A stretch of DNA of 63,914 bases, filler included, from Acidimicrobiia bacterium (lineage in GTDB: Bacteria; Actinomycetota; Acidimicrobiia; Spongiisociales; JAENVV01): the NCBI GenBank assembly GCA_041577335.1. It is 3 parts of 3 records of this genome, joined end to end, with 100 filler letters (N's around TTAATTAATTAA, not from the genome) between each part and the next. Parts side by side here need not be neighbours in the genome. Positions count along the whole stretch, not along the records: positions 21,397 to 42,641 come from JBFGJH010000060.1; 2 more parts are not named here. One strand, given 5' to 3'. Below the pieces are notes generated by a model that saw only the letters and a program-made list of their open reading frames with translations, ran no database searches and had not been told where the DNA came from. The position numbers were made by a program, and so were the translations under genes. Positions 28,012 to 38,745 of this stretch are shown in pieces. How positions within the stretch are numbered: the first letter of the stretch is position 1; each line of letters opens with the position of its first letter.

Positions 28012-28964
28012 GCATCTCCACTCGCAAGGCCGCCGAAGAGCTGGCCGCCCAGGCCGCCGAGGCCGACCTGACCGCAGCGCCGCTCAGCCAGTGGAGGCTG
28101 GCAGCTCGACGTTTCCGCCAACGCAAGTCGGGAATGATCGGCCTGTTCATCGTGACGACGCTCGTCTTCATGGCGTTCTTGGCTCCCCTCTTGGCTCCAT
28201 ACGATCCCAACGAAGTGCTGATCGGCAAGGAGGAGGTAGGCCCTCGCGACTCGCCATGCGTGTACATATTGGGATGTGACGAAGAGATCCCTCAGCATGT
28301 CATGGGCACCGACGGGAATGTGCGAGATGAGTTCTCGCGCGTCATCTATGGATCTCGGGTGAGCCTGACGCTCGGCTTCTTCACGGTCACGATCGCACTG
28401 ATCATCGGAAGCGCGCTGGGCGCCATCGCCGGCTACATCGGAGGTGGGCTCGACAACATCGTCATGCGGGTAATGGACGTCATTCTGGGATTTCCATCGC
28501 TGCTTCTCGCGATTGCCATTGTGTCTGTGCTCGGCCCCGGTTTGCGCAATGCCCTGATCGCCATTGCCGTGGTCAGCATCCCCGCCTATGCCAGGGTGAT
28601 GCGCGCCCAAGTGCTGTCGATCAAAGAAACCGAGTTCGTGTCGGCCTCTCTCGCCTTGGGGGCATCACCGGCCCAGCTGCTCATTCGACGGGTGGTTCCC
28701 AATGCTCTGACGCCGCTGGTCGTCCTGGCAACGCTTGGCATTGCCACGGCGATTCTCGAGGCCGCCGGATTGTCGTTCCTGGGCCTCGGTGCTCAACCCC
28801 CGACGGCCGAGTGGGGCTCAATGCTGGCGTCGGAACGCAACCAGGTGTTCACCGCACCCCATCTCGTGTTCTTCCCGGGGTTGGCGATCATGATCACGGT
28901 CCTCGGCTTCAACCTCATGGGCGACGGAATGCGAGATGCGCTCGATCCCACATTGAACCGATGA
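28008..28964 (+). CDS. Peptide ABC transporter permease (DppC/OppC)
   Basis: MGTDGNVRD, SRVIYGSRVSL, SFLGLG, GDGMRDALDP. Confidence 0.93.
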   Translation: MSISTRKAAEELAAQAAEADLTAAPLSQWRLAARRFRQRKSGMIGLFIVTTLVFMAFLAPLLAPYDPNEVLIGKEEVGPRDSPCVYILGCDEEIPQHVMGTDGNVRDEFSRVIYGSRVSLTLGFFTVTIALIIGSALGAIAGYIGGGLDNIVMRVMDVILGFPSLLLAIAIVSVLGPGLRNALIAIAVVSIPAYARVMRAQVLSIKETEFVSASLALGASPAQLLIRRVVPNALTPLVVLATLGIATAILEAAGLSFLGLGAQPPTAEWGSMLASERNQVFTAPHLVFFPGLAIMITVLGFNLMGDGMRDALDPTLNR

Positions 28965-29983
28965 CAGCCAGGGCCGACAGAACCGCAGGAGATCAACTAC
29001 TCGAGATCCGCGGCCTCAAAACGCACTTCGATACCCGCGACGGTGTAGTGAAAGCGGTTGACGAAGTCTCTTTGAGCATCAAACGAGGAGAAGTGCTGGG
29101 CCTGGTGGGCGAGTCTGGCTGCGGCAAGTCTGTGACCTCGCTTTCCGTCATGGGTCTCATACCGCATCCGGGGAGCATTGTTGCCGGCGAAGTCCTCTTC
29201 GACGGCCGAAACATCGTCGACATGAGCGATCGCGAGTTGCGGGCGCTGCGCGGCGAAGGCGTCTCGATGATCTTCCAGCAGCCGGCGTCAGCGCTCAACC
29301 CTGTTCAACGCGCCGGGGTGCAGATCCGCGAAGTCTTCAAACTGCATCGGGACTGGACCAAGGACGTCGAAAAGGCCCACGTCATCGAGATGCTCGACAG
29401 GGTGGGAATTCCCGATCCCGAATCGCGGGCCGCCGCCTATCCGCACGAGCTTTCGGGAGGCATGGCCCAGCGCATCATGATCGCCATGGCCTTGGCCTGC
29501 GAGCCTGAGTTGCTCATCGCCGATGAGCCAACCACGGCGCTGGACGTGACCATCCAAGCCCAGATCCTCGATCTCATTCGTGAGCTGGGAGAGTCGTCAC
29601 AGACAGCAGTCCTGCTCATCACCCACGACCTCGGAGTGGTTGCCGAGATGGCCGACCGGGTGGCGGTGATGTATGCCGGCGAGATCGTTGAAGAAGCCAG
29701 CGCGCAGTCGTTGTTCGGAAACGCCCAACACCCCTATACCAAAGGACTGATTGGTTCGATTCCGGTGCTCGGGGCGCCCATCGACATGCTCGACACCATT
29801 CCCGGCATCGTCCCCTCCCTCATCGATCTCCCGCCCGGGTGCCGGTTTGCTTCCCGCTGTGTGCCACGCGTCACGAACGAGTTGACCATCTGCACCGAGC
29901 AGCAACCCGAGCTCCTGGAAGTCGACACCGGCCACCTGGTGCGTTGCTGGCTGTACTCCGGCGAGGAGTCGGCCGATGCGTGA
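28961..29983 (+). CDS. Peptide ABC transporter ATPase (DppD/OppD)
   Basis: [26 protein letters not shown]-terminal GCRFASRC. Confidence 0.93.
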   Translation: MTARADRTAGDQLLEIRGLKTHFDTRDGVVKAVDEVSLSIKRGEVLGLVGESGCGKSVTSLSVMGLIPHPGSIVAGEVLFDGRNIVDMSDRELRALRGEGVSMIFQQPASALNPVQRAGVQIREVFKLHRDWTKDVEKAHVIEMLDRVGIPDPESRAAAYPHELSGGMAQRIMIAMALACEPELLIADEPTTALDVTIQAQILDLIRELGESSQTAVLLITHDLGVVAEMADRVAVMYAGEIVEEASAQSLFGNAQHPYTKGLIGSIPVLGAPIDMLDTIPGIVPSLIDLPPGCRFASRCVPRVTNELTICTEQQPELLEVDTGHLVRCWLYSGEESADA

Positions 29984-30986
29984 GCCGCTGATTCAGGTGC
30001 GGGGACTGGTCAAACACTTTCCCGTGAAGGGGGGCATCTTCCAACGAGAAGTCGCCACGGTCAACGCTGTAGCCGGCGTCGACCTGGACATCTATCGCGG
30101 CGAGACCCTCGGCCTCGTCGGGGAATCAGGGTGCGGCAAATCCACACTGGGCCGCATGCTCGTGCGCCTTCTCGAGCCCACCGCCGGCACGTTGATGTTT
30201 GACGGGATGGATGTCACCCACGTGAAGGGGGCGAAGCTCAAGCCGTTCCGGGCCAGGGCGCAGATCATCTTTCAGGATCCCTTCTCGTCGCTCGACCCGC
30301 GCGCCCAGGTGGGCACCTCGATTTCGGAGGGCCTGCGACTGCACGGTGTCTCCGACAAGGATGAGCGCCAAGAACGCGTCATGGACATGCTCGACCTGGT
30401 CGGCTTGTCGCGCAGCCACAGCGGTCGTTACCCCCACGAGTTCTCCGGAGGCCAGCGCCAGCGGATCGGGATTGCCCGAGCTTTGATCATGAAGCCTGAC
30501 TTCGTAGTCGCAGACGAGCCTGTCTCGGCATTGGATGTCTCAGTGCAGGCGCAGGTCCTCAATCTGCTCAAAGAGTTGCAGGCCGAGCTCGACCTCACGG
30601 TCCTCTTCATTGCCCACAACCTCGCGGTGGTCGAGCACATCGGCGACCGGGTTGCGGTGATGTACCTCGGCAGCGTTGTGGAGACCACCCGACGCGAGGC
30701 GCTGTATCGCAAACCAACCCATCCCTACACACAGGCGCTGCTCTCGGCGATCCCCATCCCCGACCCCACCCGGGAGCGAACCCGGGTGATTCTGCAGGGC
30801 GACGTTCCCAGCCCCATCAACCCGCCGTCGGGCTGCACTTTCCATCCTCGCTGCCCGATTGCCGATCCAGCGATCTGCGCGGCCGAAGTGCCGCAGCTGC
30901 TGCCAGTCGAGGACGACGAGCTCCACGAGGCTGCCTGTCACCTGCGTACCGGCGACTATCAGCACCTCGACTCGTCGCGGGCCTAG
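29976..30986 (+). CDS. Peptide ABC transporter ATPase (DppF/OppF)
   Basis: [32 protein letters not shown]. Confidence 0.93.
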   Translation: MREPLIQVRGLVKHFPVKGGIFQREVATVNAVAGVDLDIYRGETLGLVGESGCGKSTLGRMLVRLLEPTAGTLMFDGMDVTHVKGAKLKPFRARAQIIFQDPFSSLDPRAQVGTSISEGLRLHGVSDKDERQERVMDMLDLVGLSRSHSGRYPHEFSGGQRQRIGIARALIMKPDFVVADEPVSALDVSVQAQVLNLLKELQAELDLTVLFIAHNLAVVEHIGDRVAVMYLGSVVETTRREALYRKPTHPYTQALLSAIPIPDPTRERTRVILQGDVPSPINPPSGCTFHPRCPIADPAICAAEVPQLLPVEDDELHEAACHLRTGDYQHLDSSRA

Positions 30987-31002
30987 CCGGCCGCACCCGC
31001 GT

Positions 31003-31434
31003 TCAGGCGAGCGTCGCTTCCACAGAGATGGCGACGTTGCCGGCGAGGGCATTCGAGACCGGGCAACCGTCCTTGGCTTTGGTGGCGGCTTCGGAGAAGT
31101 CGTCAGCTGACATACCCGGCACGTTTCCCTGCACTGCAAGTCGCATGGTCGTCAACCTGAAGCCGGCGTCTGTCTTTTCGAACGTGGCAACTGCCTCGGT
31201 GGCGAGCTGCTCCGGCGCGTGCCCGGCCTGGTCCAGGATGTTCGAAAACGCCATGTTGTAGCAAGCGGCGTGGGCGGCCGCGATCAGTTCCTCGGGGCTG
31301 GTCTTGCCGTTGGCGGCTTCCGTGCGATTGGGCCAGCTCACCGGCAAGGCGGGAGCTGCCCCGCTGGCCAGGGTGGTCGTCCCAGACCCTTCGAAGAGGT
31401 TTCCGTTCCAGGTGGAAGATGCTCGGCTTTCCAT
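31003..31434 (-). CDS. osmC: OsmC family peroxiredoxin
   Basis: TSPEELIAAAHAACY, CPVSNAL. Confidence 0.92.
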   Translation of the reverse strand: MESRASSTWNGNLFEGSGTTTLASGAAPALPVSWPNRTEAANGKTSPEELIAAAHAACYNMAFSNILDQAGHAPEQLATEAVATFEKTDAGFRLTTMRLAVQGNVPGMSADDFSEAATKAKDGCPVSNALAGNVAISVEATLA

Positions 31435-31517
31435 CGTCGACTCCGTTCGGTTGATGTGCTTGTTCAATCTATCGATCCGCGGGCATGACCGGACATCGCT
31501 CGGCTACCTTGTTCCGC

Positions 31518-32471
31518 ATGAAAGTTGGATTCATTGGTCTTGGAAACGTAGGTGGGAAACTGGCAGGCAGCCTCATGCGGAACGGCTTCGATGTCGTGGT
31601 TCGTGATCTCGACCCCGCCGCCATGGCACCGTTTTTGGAAGCCGGAGCCACGACCGTGCCTTCGGGCAAGGAGATGGCGGAACAGTGTGATGTGGTCATC
31701 ACCTGCCTGCCGAGCCCGGCTGCTTCGGCTGCGGTGCTCCAAGCCGGTGACGGCGTCCTGGCGGGGTTGTCGGCCGGGAAGATCTGGGCGGAGATGTCAA
31801 CCACCGACGAGGTCGAAGTGAAACGCCTCGGCACCCTGGTAGGCGAAACCGGCGCTGCGGCCATCGACTGTCCGGTGTCAGGCGGCTGCCACCGCGCCGC
31901 GACAGGGAACATCGCCATTTTCGGCGGCTCCGATCGTGACACGTTCGAGAGGATGCTGCCGCTGCTGACGGCCATGGGTCGCCAGGTGCTGCACACGGGC
32001 CCGTTGGGCTCGGCCTCGTTCCTCAAAGTGGTGACCAACTATTTGGCGTCGGCCAATCTTGTCTCGCTGGCAGAGGCGCTGGTGACGTCGAAGCTTGCCG
32101 GCATGGACCTCAACACTGCGTATGAGGCCATACGGATCTCGTCGGGGAACTCCTTCGTGCACGAGACCGAAAGCCAAGTGATCCTCAACGGCAGCCGTGA
32201 CATCAACTTCACCATGGACCTGGTGGTGAAAGACACCTCGCTGTTTCAGGCTGCCGCCGACCGGGTTGGTGCTCCGCTGGAGCTGTCTCCGCTGCTCGTC
32301 TCGATCTTCGAGGACGGCTTGGAGCGTTACGGAGCCCGGGAGTGGTCGCCCAACATCATTCGACGCCTCGAGGACGCGACAGGGGTCGAGGTTCTGGCGC
32401 CCGGGTTCCCGCCGGAGATGATCGATACCGAGCCCGAGGTGGCCGGCTACGAGGTGACACCGCCGCGTTAG
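31518..32471 (+). CDS. Beta-hydroxyacid dehydrogenase family NAD(P) oxidoreductase
   Basis: GFIGLGNVG, DCPVSGG, KVVTN. Confidence 0.85.
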   Translation: MKVGFIGLGNVGGKLAGSLMRNGFDVVVRDLDPAAMAPFLEAGATTVPSGKEMAEQCDVVITCLPSPAASAAVLQAGDGVLAGLSAGKIWAEMSTTDEVEVKRLGTLVGETGAAAIDCPVSGGCHRAATGNIAIFGGSDRDTFERMLPLLTAMGRQVLHTGPLGSASFLKVVTNYLASANLVSLAEALVTSKLAGMDLNTAYEAIRISSGNSFVHETESQVILNGSRDINFTMDLVVKDTSLFQAAADRVGAPLELSPLLVSIFEDGLERYGAREWSPNIIRRLEDATGVEVLAPGFPPEMIDTEPEVAGYEVTPPR

Positions 32472-33109
32472 TGGGCAGCGCGGCGCTGGTATTCCACTCG
32501 GGCTCGTTCGGCGATGGGCGCTCGCAAGCCCTGTTCGAACGCCGTGGCAGGAGCGTTCCGGTCGTAGAAGAGGTTGAACATGTCGAGCAACGTGAAGTCA
32601 CGCTGCTCGGCCGGGATGAGCACGACCTGGTCGCCCGCTTGGACGGTTCCTGTGGCGATCACGCGGGTGTAGGCGCCTGGTCGTTGTGCGGCTCGGAACT
32701 TCTTCGCGAACGCCCCATCGAGCATGCGGGCCGCCAACGTTCCGCACGGGATACGTGGAGCACTGATCTCGAGGACAAGGTCGTCCCCGACAGCCAGGCG
32801 ATCGCCGATAGCGAGTTCCGCCGAACGAAAGCCCTCGATCGTGAGGTTCTCGCCAAACATCCCAGGGGAGAGACCTTGGCCAAGTTCGTCGTTCCACCAT
32901 TCGTAGTCGTCGGCTCCGTAGACGTACACAGCTTGGTCGGGCCCGCCGTGGTGCTGGGGACTCCCCACCCCATCGCCGTCCAGCCCGAGTTCCCCAACGG
33001 CAACCCGCTCAGTGGTCGGCTCCTTGGCAATGGCGGTGAAGAACGACCGGTCGGCCAGGACCGTCTCCTCCGGCAGGGCTCGATTCACTGAGAGCAGCGT
33101 CATCGACAT
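32468..33109 (-). CDS. MOSC domain protein (YiiM-like)
   Basis: HHGGPDQAV, FGENLT, PRIPC. Confidence 0.88.
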   Translation of the reverse strand: MSMTLLSVNRALPEETVLADRSFFTAIAKEPTTERVAVGELGLDGDGVGSPQHHGGPDQAVYVYGADDYEWWNDELGQGLSPGMFGENLTIEGFRSAELAIGDRLAVGDDLVLEISAPRIPCGTLAARMLDGAFAKKFRAAQRPGAYTRVIATGTVQAGDQVVLIPAEQRDFTLLDMFNLFYDRNAPATAFEQGLRAPIAERARVEYQRRAAH

Positions 33110-33157
33110 AGGTTCATTATGGCTTCCTTCAAGGCGCACTTGGATAGAGTCGTCGCC

Positions 33158-34537
33158 ATGCCGGAGGACCTCGAACCAGACCTACAGGCGCGGCGCCGAT
33201 TGGCCGCAGCCGTCGTGCAGTTTGCCGATGCCTATCTGGAGAACCTTCCGGCCGCTCCCGCCTCGCACCCCCCGATCGATCCCAACATGATTTCCGAATT
33301 GGGCGCGCCCCCGTCTGAGACCGGTACAGACCTTCCCGAGCTCTTCGGTTTGCTCAACAGCGCATTGGAGACGGGAATCGACACGTCGTCCGGCAAGTTC
33401 CTGTCCTACATCCCGAGCGGTGGAATCTATACGGCGGCATTGGGCCGAATGCTGGGAGCAGTAACCAACCGCTATACGGGTGGCCTGCACGGGGCTCCCG
33501 GCCTGGTAGCCATCGAACACGGTGTCGTCCGATGGATGTGCCGGCTCTTCAACCTCCCCGACACCGCCTCCGGAGTGTTGCTGTCGGGAGGTTCAACGGC
33601 CAACCTCACGGCCACCGTGGCGGCCCGCTCCCGTCTCGGCACCGAGTTCGGAGACGGTGTCGTCTATACGTCGGAGCGGGCCCACCACTCGGTCGTCAAG
33701 GCGGCGACCATCGCCGGGATCCATCCCGACCGGATGCGGCTCATCAGGGCCGACGCCGCTTTGCGACTCGACGTCGGCGCCCTTCGGGCGACGATCTCAG
33801 AGGACGTAGCCGCCGGATTGACGCCAATGCTCATCGTGGCGAGCGCCGGCACCACTGACACGGGAACCATCGACCCACTCAACGAGTGTGCCGAGATTGC
33901 CGCCGACTCGGGAGCCTGGTTCCATGTCGACGCCGCGTACGGTGGGTTCTTCATCCTCACCGAGCGCGGCAAGACCCGTTTGGCCGGGATAGAACGGGCC
34001 CATTCCATCACGCTTGACGCCCACAAGAGCCTGTTCCATCCGTTCGGAGTGGGCGGTCTCTTGGTGCGTGACAAAGCCGATCTGGTCCACTCGCTCGAGG
34101 GCCGCGGCGCCTATATGCAGGATGTGCCCGCTCACGACATCTTGCCCAACTACTTCGCGATGAGCCCTGAATTGACCCGGCCCGCCCGCGGGCTCGAAGT
34201 GTGGCTGACCCTCCACCTTCATGGAATTGTCGCATTCCGGACCGAACTCGACCGGATGCTCGACCTCGCCGCGCACACTGCCGGCGCGCTGGGAGGTCTC
34301 CCCGGTATCGAGGTGTTGGCCGATCCAGAGCTGTCAGTGGTGGCCTTTCGCTCCACTGGTGGCAATGACGCCACCCGAGCGATCGCCCAGCACATCACCG
34401 ATTCGGGAGACATCCACGTCTCGAGCACGACCGTCGATGGAAGGTTCCTCGTTCGAATGGCGTTTCTCAGCCAGCGGACCGACATGGCGGTCGCAGAACG
34501 GGCTCTCGAGCTGGTTTCTGAGGCGATCACCCAGTAG
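33158..34537 (+). CDS. Group II PLP-dependent amino acid decarboxylase
   Basis: SGGSTAN, AGTTDTG, HVDAAYGG, DAHK. Confidence 0.88.
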   Translation: MPEDLEPDLQARRRLAAAVVQFADAYLENLPAAPASHPPIDPNMISELGAPPSETGTDLPELFGLLNSALETGIDTSSGKFLSYIPSGGIYTAALGRMLGAVTNRYTGGLHGAPGLVAIEHGVVRWMCRLFNLPDTASGVLLSGGSTANLTATVAARSRLGTEFGDGVVYTSERAHHSVVKAATIAGIHPDRMRLIRADAALRLDVGALRATISEDVAAGLTPMLIVASAGTTDTGTIDPLNECAEIAADSGAWFHVDAAYGGFFILTERGKTRLAGIERAHSITLDAHKSLFHPFGVGGLLVRDKADLVHSLEGRGAYMQDVPAHDILPNYFAMSPELTRPARGLEVWLTLHLHGIVAFRTELDRMLDLAAHTAGALGGLPGIEVLADPELSVVAFRSTGGNDATRAIAQHITDSGDIHVSSTTVDGRFLVRMAFLSQRTDMAVAERALELVSEAITQ

Positions 34538-34691
34538 TCGGAAGCCAGTTGCCCGCCCGCCGATATTGCACCGGCCAGCCCCCTGATTGCGCTGAGGCCT
34601 TTCGAGTCTTGTCACGCGACTCTGCCGAGAGACTCATAGAACGCGAAGCGTTCTCGCCACAACACATAGCGTTCTCTCGCTGGGGGAGGGA

Positions 34692-34721
34692 GCAGAGGAG
34701 GGCCCGAAGGCCCTCCTCTGC
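34692..34721. terminator. Stem-loop between convergent genes
   Basis: GCAGAGGAGGGCC-CGAA-GGCCCTCCTCTGC. Confidence 0.75.
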
Positions 34722-34742
34722 TTGTGGTGGCGTGTCGTGCTG

Positions 34743-36107
34743 CTAGTCGCCTGAGGGGACCAGTCGCATCACCACACCTGTTTCGCCGTCCGGAATGAAG
34801 AGCTGAGAGCCCATCACGTAGACCTCGCCCCGAGCGTCTTGGCCGAATCCGGTCACGTACATCCCGGGCTCGCCGAGCTCAGCGATGCCGCCGTCGGTCA
34901 GGTGGAACACTCGACCGGCCGGTTCTATGAAGGTCCGGCTCCAGTCAGCGAAGATATAACTGCCTTCCAAGGCGGGGATCGACCTGCCGTGGTACACAAA
35001 CCCGCCCGTCACCGATACACCCTCGTCGTGGTCATATTGAGCAATGGGATCGATCATGTCGGCCGGCACCCCCGGTGAGTTCACCGTCGTGAATCCGGGC
35101 TCATCACCGTTCATGTCGAACAGGAAGGTGCCTTCCTTCACCGGCCAGCCGTAGTTGCCGCCGGCCCACACGACATTCACCTCTTCGATGTCGTTCTGTC
35201 CGACATCGGCGGCGTAGAGCAAGCCGGTGGCCGTGTCGAACGACATCCTGAATGCGTTCCGGAAGCCGTATGCCCAGATTTCGGCTGTCGCGCCGCCATG
35301 GACGAACGGATTGTCCGCCGGGATGCTGTATTGGCCGTTCGCCGAATTGCGACCCTGGGGATTGATCCTGAGGATCTTTCCCAGCACGTTGCCAGGGGTG
35401 AGATCCTGGCCATTGCCACCAGGGGCATGGCCGAGGCCCTGATCGTCGGCACTTCCGCCATCACCGACTGCGATGTAGAGCATTCGATCCGGACCGAATG
35501 CGATGTCGCCGGAGTTGTGGTTGAACTGCGGTTCGTCGATCGTCAGGAGAACCCTGCTCGAGTTGGGATCGACGGCCGAGCTCGCGCTGCGCGGATTCGG
35601 CACCCGCCACTCGCGGATCACACCTTGATGATTGGCTTCTTCTCCCGCTGGGATCGTTGAGAAGTCGGCGTCACCCGTAGCCGGCTCGGAGGTGTAGGTG
35701 TACACCCTCCCGTTGCGCTGATAGTTGGGATGGAATGCCAACCCCATCAGTCCTCGTTCGTCGAATGAGCCCGGCCCAAAAGCCCCGAGCGGGACAAGTA
35801 AATCGGCGCCGTCTACTCCCACGTCAGCGAAGAGCAGCCGGTCCGGAATGCTGCTGCCGCCGGCCAGCTTGATCGCCCAAATCTTGCCAATCTGATCCAC
35901 GACGTACAGCTGCCGACTGTTGCCAGGAGCCACCACGCCCTTGACCGGTGTCGTGAACCCGTCGGCGACAACTTCGAATCCAACTTCGATCTCACTATCT
36001 GGTATCACTGCCTCGATGACGTCGCCGTGGGTGGCACCCGCCGAGAGGCCCGCAAACGTCATGGACAGCACCAGAGCCAGCCCAAATGGAACGCGCGCCT
36101 TGCGCAT
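34743..36107 (-). CDS. Secreted PQQ-dependent glucose/sorbosone dehydrogenase family protein
   Basis: ERGLMGLAFHP, NHNSG, GDGG, GKILRI, YGFRN, GGNYGWP; signal peptide. Confidence 0.9.
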   Translation of the reverse strand: MRKARVPFGLALVLSMTFAGLSAGATHGDVIEAVIPDSEIEVGFEVVADGFTTPVKGVVAPGNSRQLYVVDQIGKIWAIKLAGGSSIPDRLLFADVGVDGADLLVPLGAFGPGSFDERGLMGLAFHPNYQRNGRVYTYTSEPATGDADFSTIPAGEEANHQGVIREWRVPNPRSASSAVDPNSSRVLLTIDEPQFNHNSGDIAFGPDRMLYIAVGDGGSADDQGLGHAPGGNGQDLTPGNVLGKILRINPQGRNSANGQYSIPADNPFVHGGATAEIWAYGFRNAFRMSFDTATGLLYAADVGQNDIEEVNVVWAGGNYGWPVKEGTFLFDMNGDEPGFTTVNSPGVPADMIDPIAQYDHDEGVSVTGGFVYHGRSIPALEGSYIFADWSRTFIEPAGRVFHLTDGGIAELGEPGMYVTGFGQDARGEVYVMGSQLFIPDGETGVVMRLVPSGD

Positions 36108-36213
36108 ATGTTCCCCTTCCTGTTGTACCCAGCCACGCTTGTTCGGCGACACGCCAACGAACAGGCCCACACAGCAATACGGAAGAGTTGGGCAAACGGT
36201 TCGCGGGTTCACA

Positions 36214-36650
36214 TTTCTCCCCTCCCGCGAACGCAGTGAGCGTTGGGCACCGGGTTTTTGTGATGGGAGCTCACGTCGTCTTGCGGATCCGCCGCAAGCC
36301 TCCGCCCTCCGTCCTCAGCTGTCGCTGGCGCCACCTCCCCCAACGTCGGCTTCGCCTCGTGGGGGAGGAGACCAGATGTTTCTCTCTCCAGCGAACGAAG
36401 TGAGCGGCAGTTGCGAAGCAACTGCATTGAGAACGCGAAGCGTTCTCACGTTGCAAGGGAGTACCGGCGAAGCCGGGGAGGGGGGCCGAGCCGAAGGCGA
36501 GGTCTGGAGCTCAGCAGGCTGTTGCCGCGCTGGGCATTCCTGGTCAGACCTCACGTCGTCGCCACTTCGTGGCTCCTCCGCCCCCTCCGTCGCCAGCTGT
36601 CGCTGGCGCCACCTCCCCCAACGTCGGCTTCGCCTCCTGGGGGAGGAGAT
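36214..36650. repeat. Two tandem units of a REP/MITE-like palindromic repeat
   Basis: 56-nt block 36316-36371 vs 36594-36649 with one mismatch; shared left ends TTTCTC..GCGAACG.AGTGAGCG; several GCGAAGC hairpins. Confidence 0.85.
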
Positions 36651-36788
36651 GGGAGGAAACAGAGCCCTACGGAGTAATGGTGCAGTCGGTGTTGGTGACG
36701 ACCCCGGCGGTTCGGGTGCGTAATAGGTAGGTGGCTTCGGCGGGCGCGTTGACGTCGTCGGTTGTCGGTGCCGGATAGGATCAGAGCG

Positions 36789-37610
36789 GTGACTCGTGAA
36801 GACGCGTCCCCCGGGGCCACTACGGCACCCGCCGCGACACTGCTCACCCACGCCGACACGGCTGGTCTTGGCGTTCTCCATATCGATCACCCTGACGGAG
36901 CATTTGGCCCGTCGCCCGCGACGAGGGTCGCCGTTCGCTGCATCGGCCAGCGGAGCGACCTTCTCCGGGGGGTCGGCGTCGATTGGGGGTGTGGACCGGG
37001 GACGTTGGCGATCGCCGCGGCCCGGGTTCCCGGCGTGTCTCTGGTCTTTGGCCTCGACCTCAACCCCATCAATGTGGCTGCGGCGGCCGTAAATGCGGTT
37101 GTGAACGGGGTGAGCACCAAAGCACGGTTTGCGGTTGCCGACTCCTTCACCCCCGTGGACCCAATCACGGCGGCCCGACTTGGGGAGTACGCAGGCGACC
37201 TCGATTTCGTAGTCGCGAATCCGCCTGCCAGCGTCGGCGACGACGGCTTCTCATTCCGAAGGCAAGTCCTTGCCGATGGGCATGGATTTGTGCGGTCCGG
37301 AGGCATCGTGTTCCTGAGCGTTTCGCAGCAGTACGGGCGAGAGCGAGTCGACGAATTGCAGTCGGACGGCGCCTACCGAATCCTCGGAGTATTGGCATCG
37401 AGCGAACTCGTGCCTTTCGACCTCGCTCGGGCTGATCTGTTGGAGAACCTCAGGGATTTCCGCGCCGAAGAGGCAAGAGGCGGCCTGGTCTACGAGTTCC
37501 CTACCCGGACGGGAGGTTCGTTGACAGCCACCGAGGCCCTTGCCCACTTCAACGCGACCGGTGAGTCGCCTCTGACCCGGTGGCGAGTGCTCGGCTTTGA
37601 ACGCGTCTAG
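36789..37610 (+). CDS. Class I SAM-dependent methyltransferase (HemK-like)
   Basis: DWGCGPG motif I, GLDLN, VANPP. Confidence 0.8.
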   Translation: MTREDASPGATTAPAATLLTHADTAGLGVLHIDHPDGAFGPSPATRVAVRCIGQRSDLLRGVGVDWGCGPGTLAIAAARVPGVSLVFGLDLNPINVAAAAVNAVVNGVSTKARFAVADSFTPVDPITAARLGEYAGDLDFVVANPPASVGDDGFSFRRQVLADGHGFVRSGGIVFLSVSQQYGRERVDELQSDGAYRILGVLASSELVPFDLARADLLENLRDFRAEEARGGLVYEFPTRTGGSLTATEALAHFNATGESPLTRWRVLGFERV

Positions 37611-37624
37611 ACCTGGGGTTGGGG

Positions 37625-38005
37625 CTATTTCCTGGCTAACACTCGCATGGTCAGCCAGCCAAAGAAGAAGAAGGCAATCGACACCAGCGTTCCGCCAACA
37701 ATCATCTTGTTCTTGTCAACGGCCGGTTGCCATTCGACCCCATCATCGGTGATGACATAGACCCCGGCCGGCTCAGCCGAGATGCCGAAACCGCCGCCTT
37801 CTCCGCTCCCAGTGCCCGTCTCTTCCGTGCCACCGGCGCCGCCACCGCCGCCGCCCCCTCCGCGCATCTTCGCGACTGGCAGCACGGTCATCCCATCCTT
37901 GTCGATGGGAGTGCCGAACACCCGCTCGACCCCGTAGTACGGCTCGAGACCTTTGAGGATCTTTTCGGTGACTGTGCTTTCTTCACGCATGTCTTTGGTG
38001 ACCAT
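37625..38005 (-). CDS. GerW/YtfJ family protein
   Basis: RVFGTPI...TVLPVA, Gly-rich tract, PAGVYVI...WQP; RBS AAGGAG. Confidence 0.82.
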   Translation of the reverse strand: MVTKDMREESTVTEKILKGLEPYYGVERVFGTPIDKDGMTVLPVAKMRGGGGGGGGAGGTEETGTGSGEGGGFGISAEPAGVYVITDDGVEWQPAVDKNKMIVGGTLVSIAFFFFGWLTMRVLARK

Positions 38006-38149
38006 ATCAACTCCTTCTTTAGCCCTCCGCCCGGCGCCAACACCGTGAACGGTACGCCACTGCCGTCGAGCGGACTAGAGGAATACGGCCTAACGCCACC
38101 CGACCGGAGAACGGATTGGGTGTGCCAGCTGATCGTGGAGAGCGGCGGT

Positions 38150-38578
38150 CTACTGCTCGAGCGGTTCGCCGGCTGCGATCCAGGCGTCGACGCCTCCCTC
38201 GATCTCGTAGACCTCGTCAAAACCCAGGCTGGTCATGATTGGAGCGGTCTGACCGGATCGATTCCCCGACTTGCAATACAGCACGTAGGGAACAGTCTTG
38301 TCGAGTCGATCCAGCTGAGCTGAGAAGTCGTCGGCGTAGAAGTCCACGTTGATCGCGCCGGCGAGGTGGCCTTGGTTGTACTCCTCGGGTGTTCTCACGT
38401 CGAGCACGACTAGGCCTGCGGGAGCATCCGCTACCACCTGTGATGCTTCAGACACAGAAACGAGCGTGATCTCCGGGGCCGCGGTGCTCGTCCCACAGGC
38501 TCCAAGAAGCAGAACAGCTGCCGTGAGCAGCGCGGCTGCCTTTGTCCTCCAGCTGTGGCCCGCATTGGGCATATTCAT
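38150..38578 (-). CDS. Rhodanese-like domain lipoprotein
   Basis: LGAC lipobox, LDVRTPEEY..GHL, YCKSGNRS. Confidence 0.88.
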   Translation of the reverse strand: MNMPNAGHSWRTKAAALLTAAVLLLGACGTSTAAPEITLVSVSEASQVVADAPAGLVVLDVRTPEEYNQGHLAGAINVDFYADDFSAQLDRLDKTVPYVLYCKSGNRSGQTAPIMTSLGFDEVYEIEGGVDAWIAAGEPLEQ

Positions 38579-38745
38579 CTCGATTGTCTCCGATTCGGGT
38601 AATTCGTCGACTCATTAGAAGACACGGCGAAATCTGCCGCTAGTGCCGTTGGACCTTCGCGGCAGTGACCAACAACCCCCGGTTAAGCGTTTCGTTAGCG
38701 CGTGAGTGGAATATGGTTAAGCACATCATGAGAAAAGGGGTAGAC

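Noticed and set aside
36214..36650. CRISPR array
   Set aside because: Only two long structured units, no regular repeat-spacer period, no cas genes
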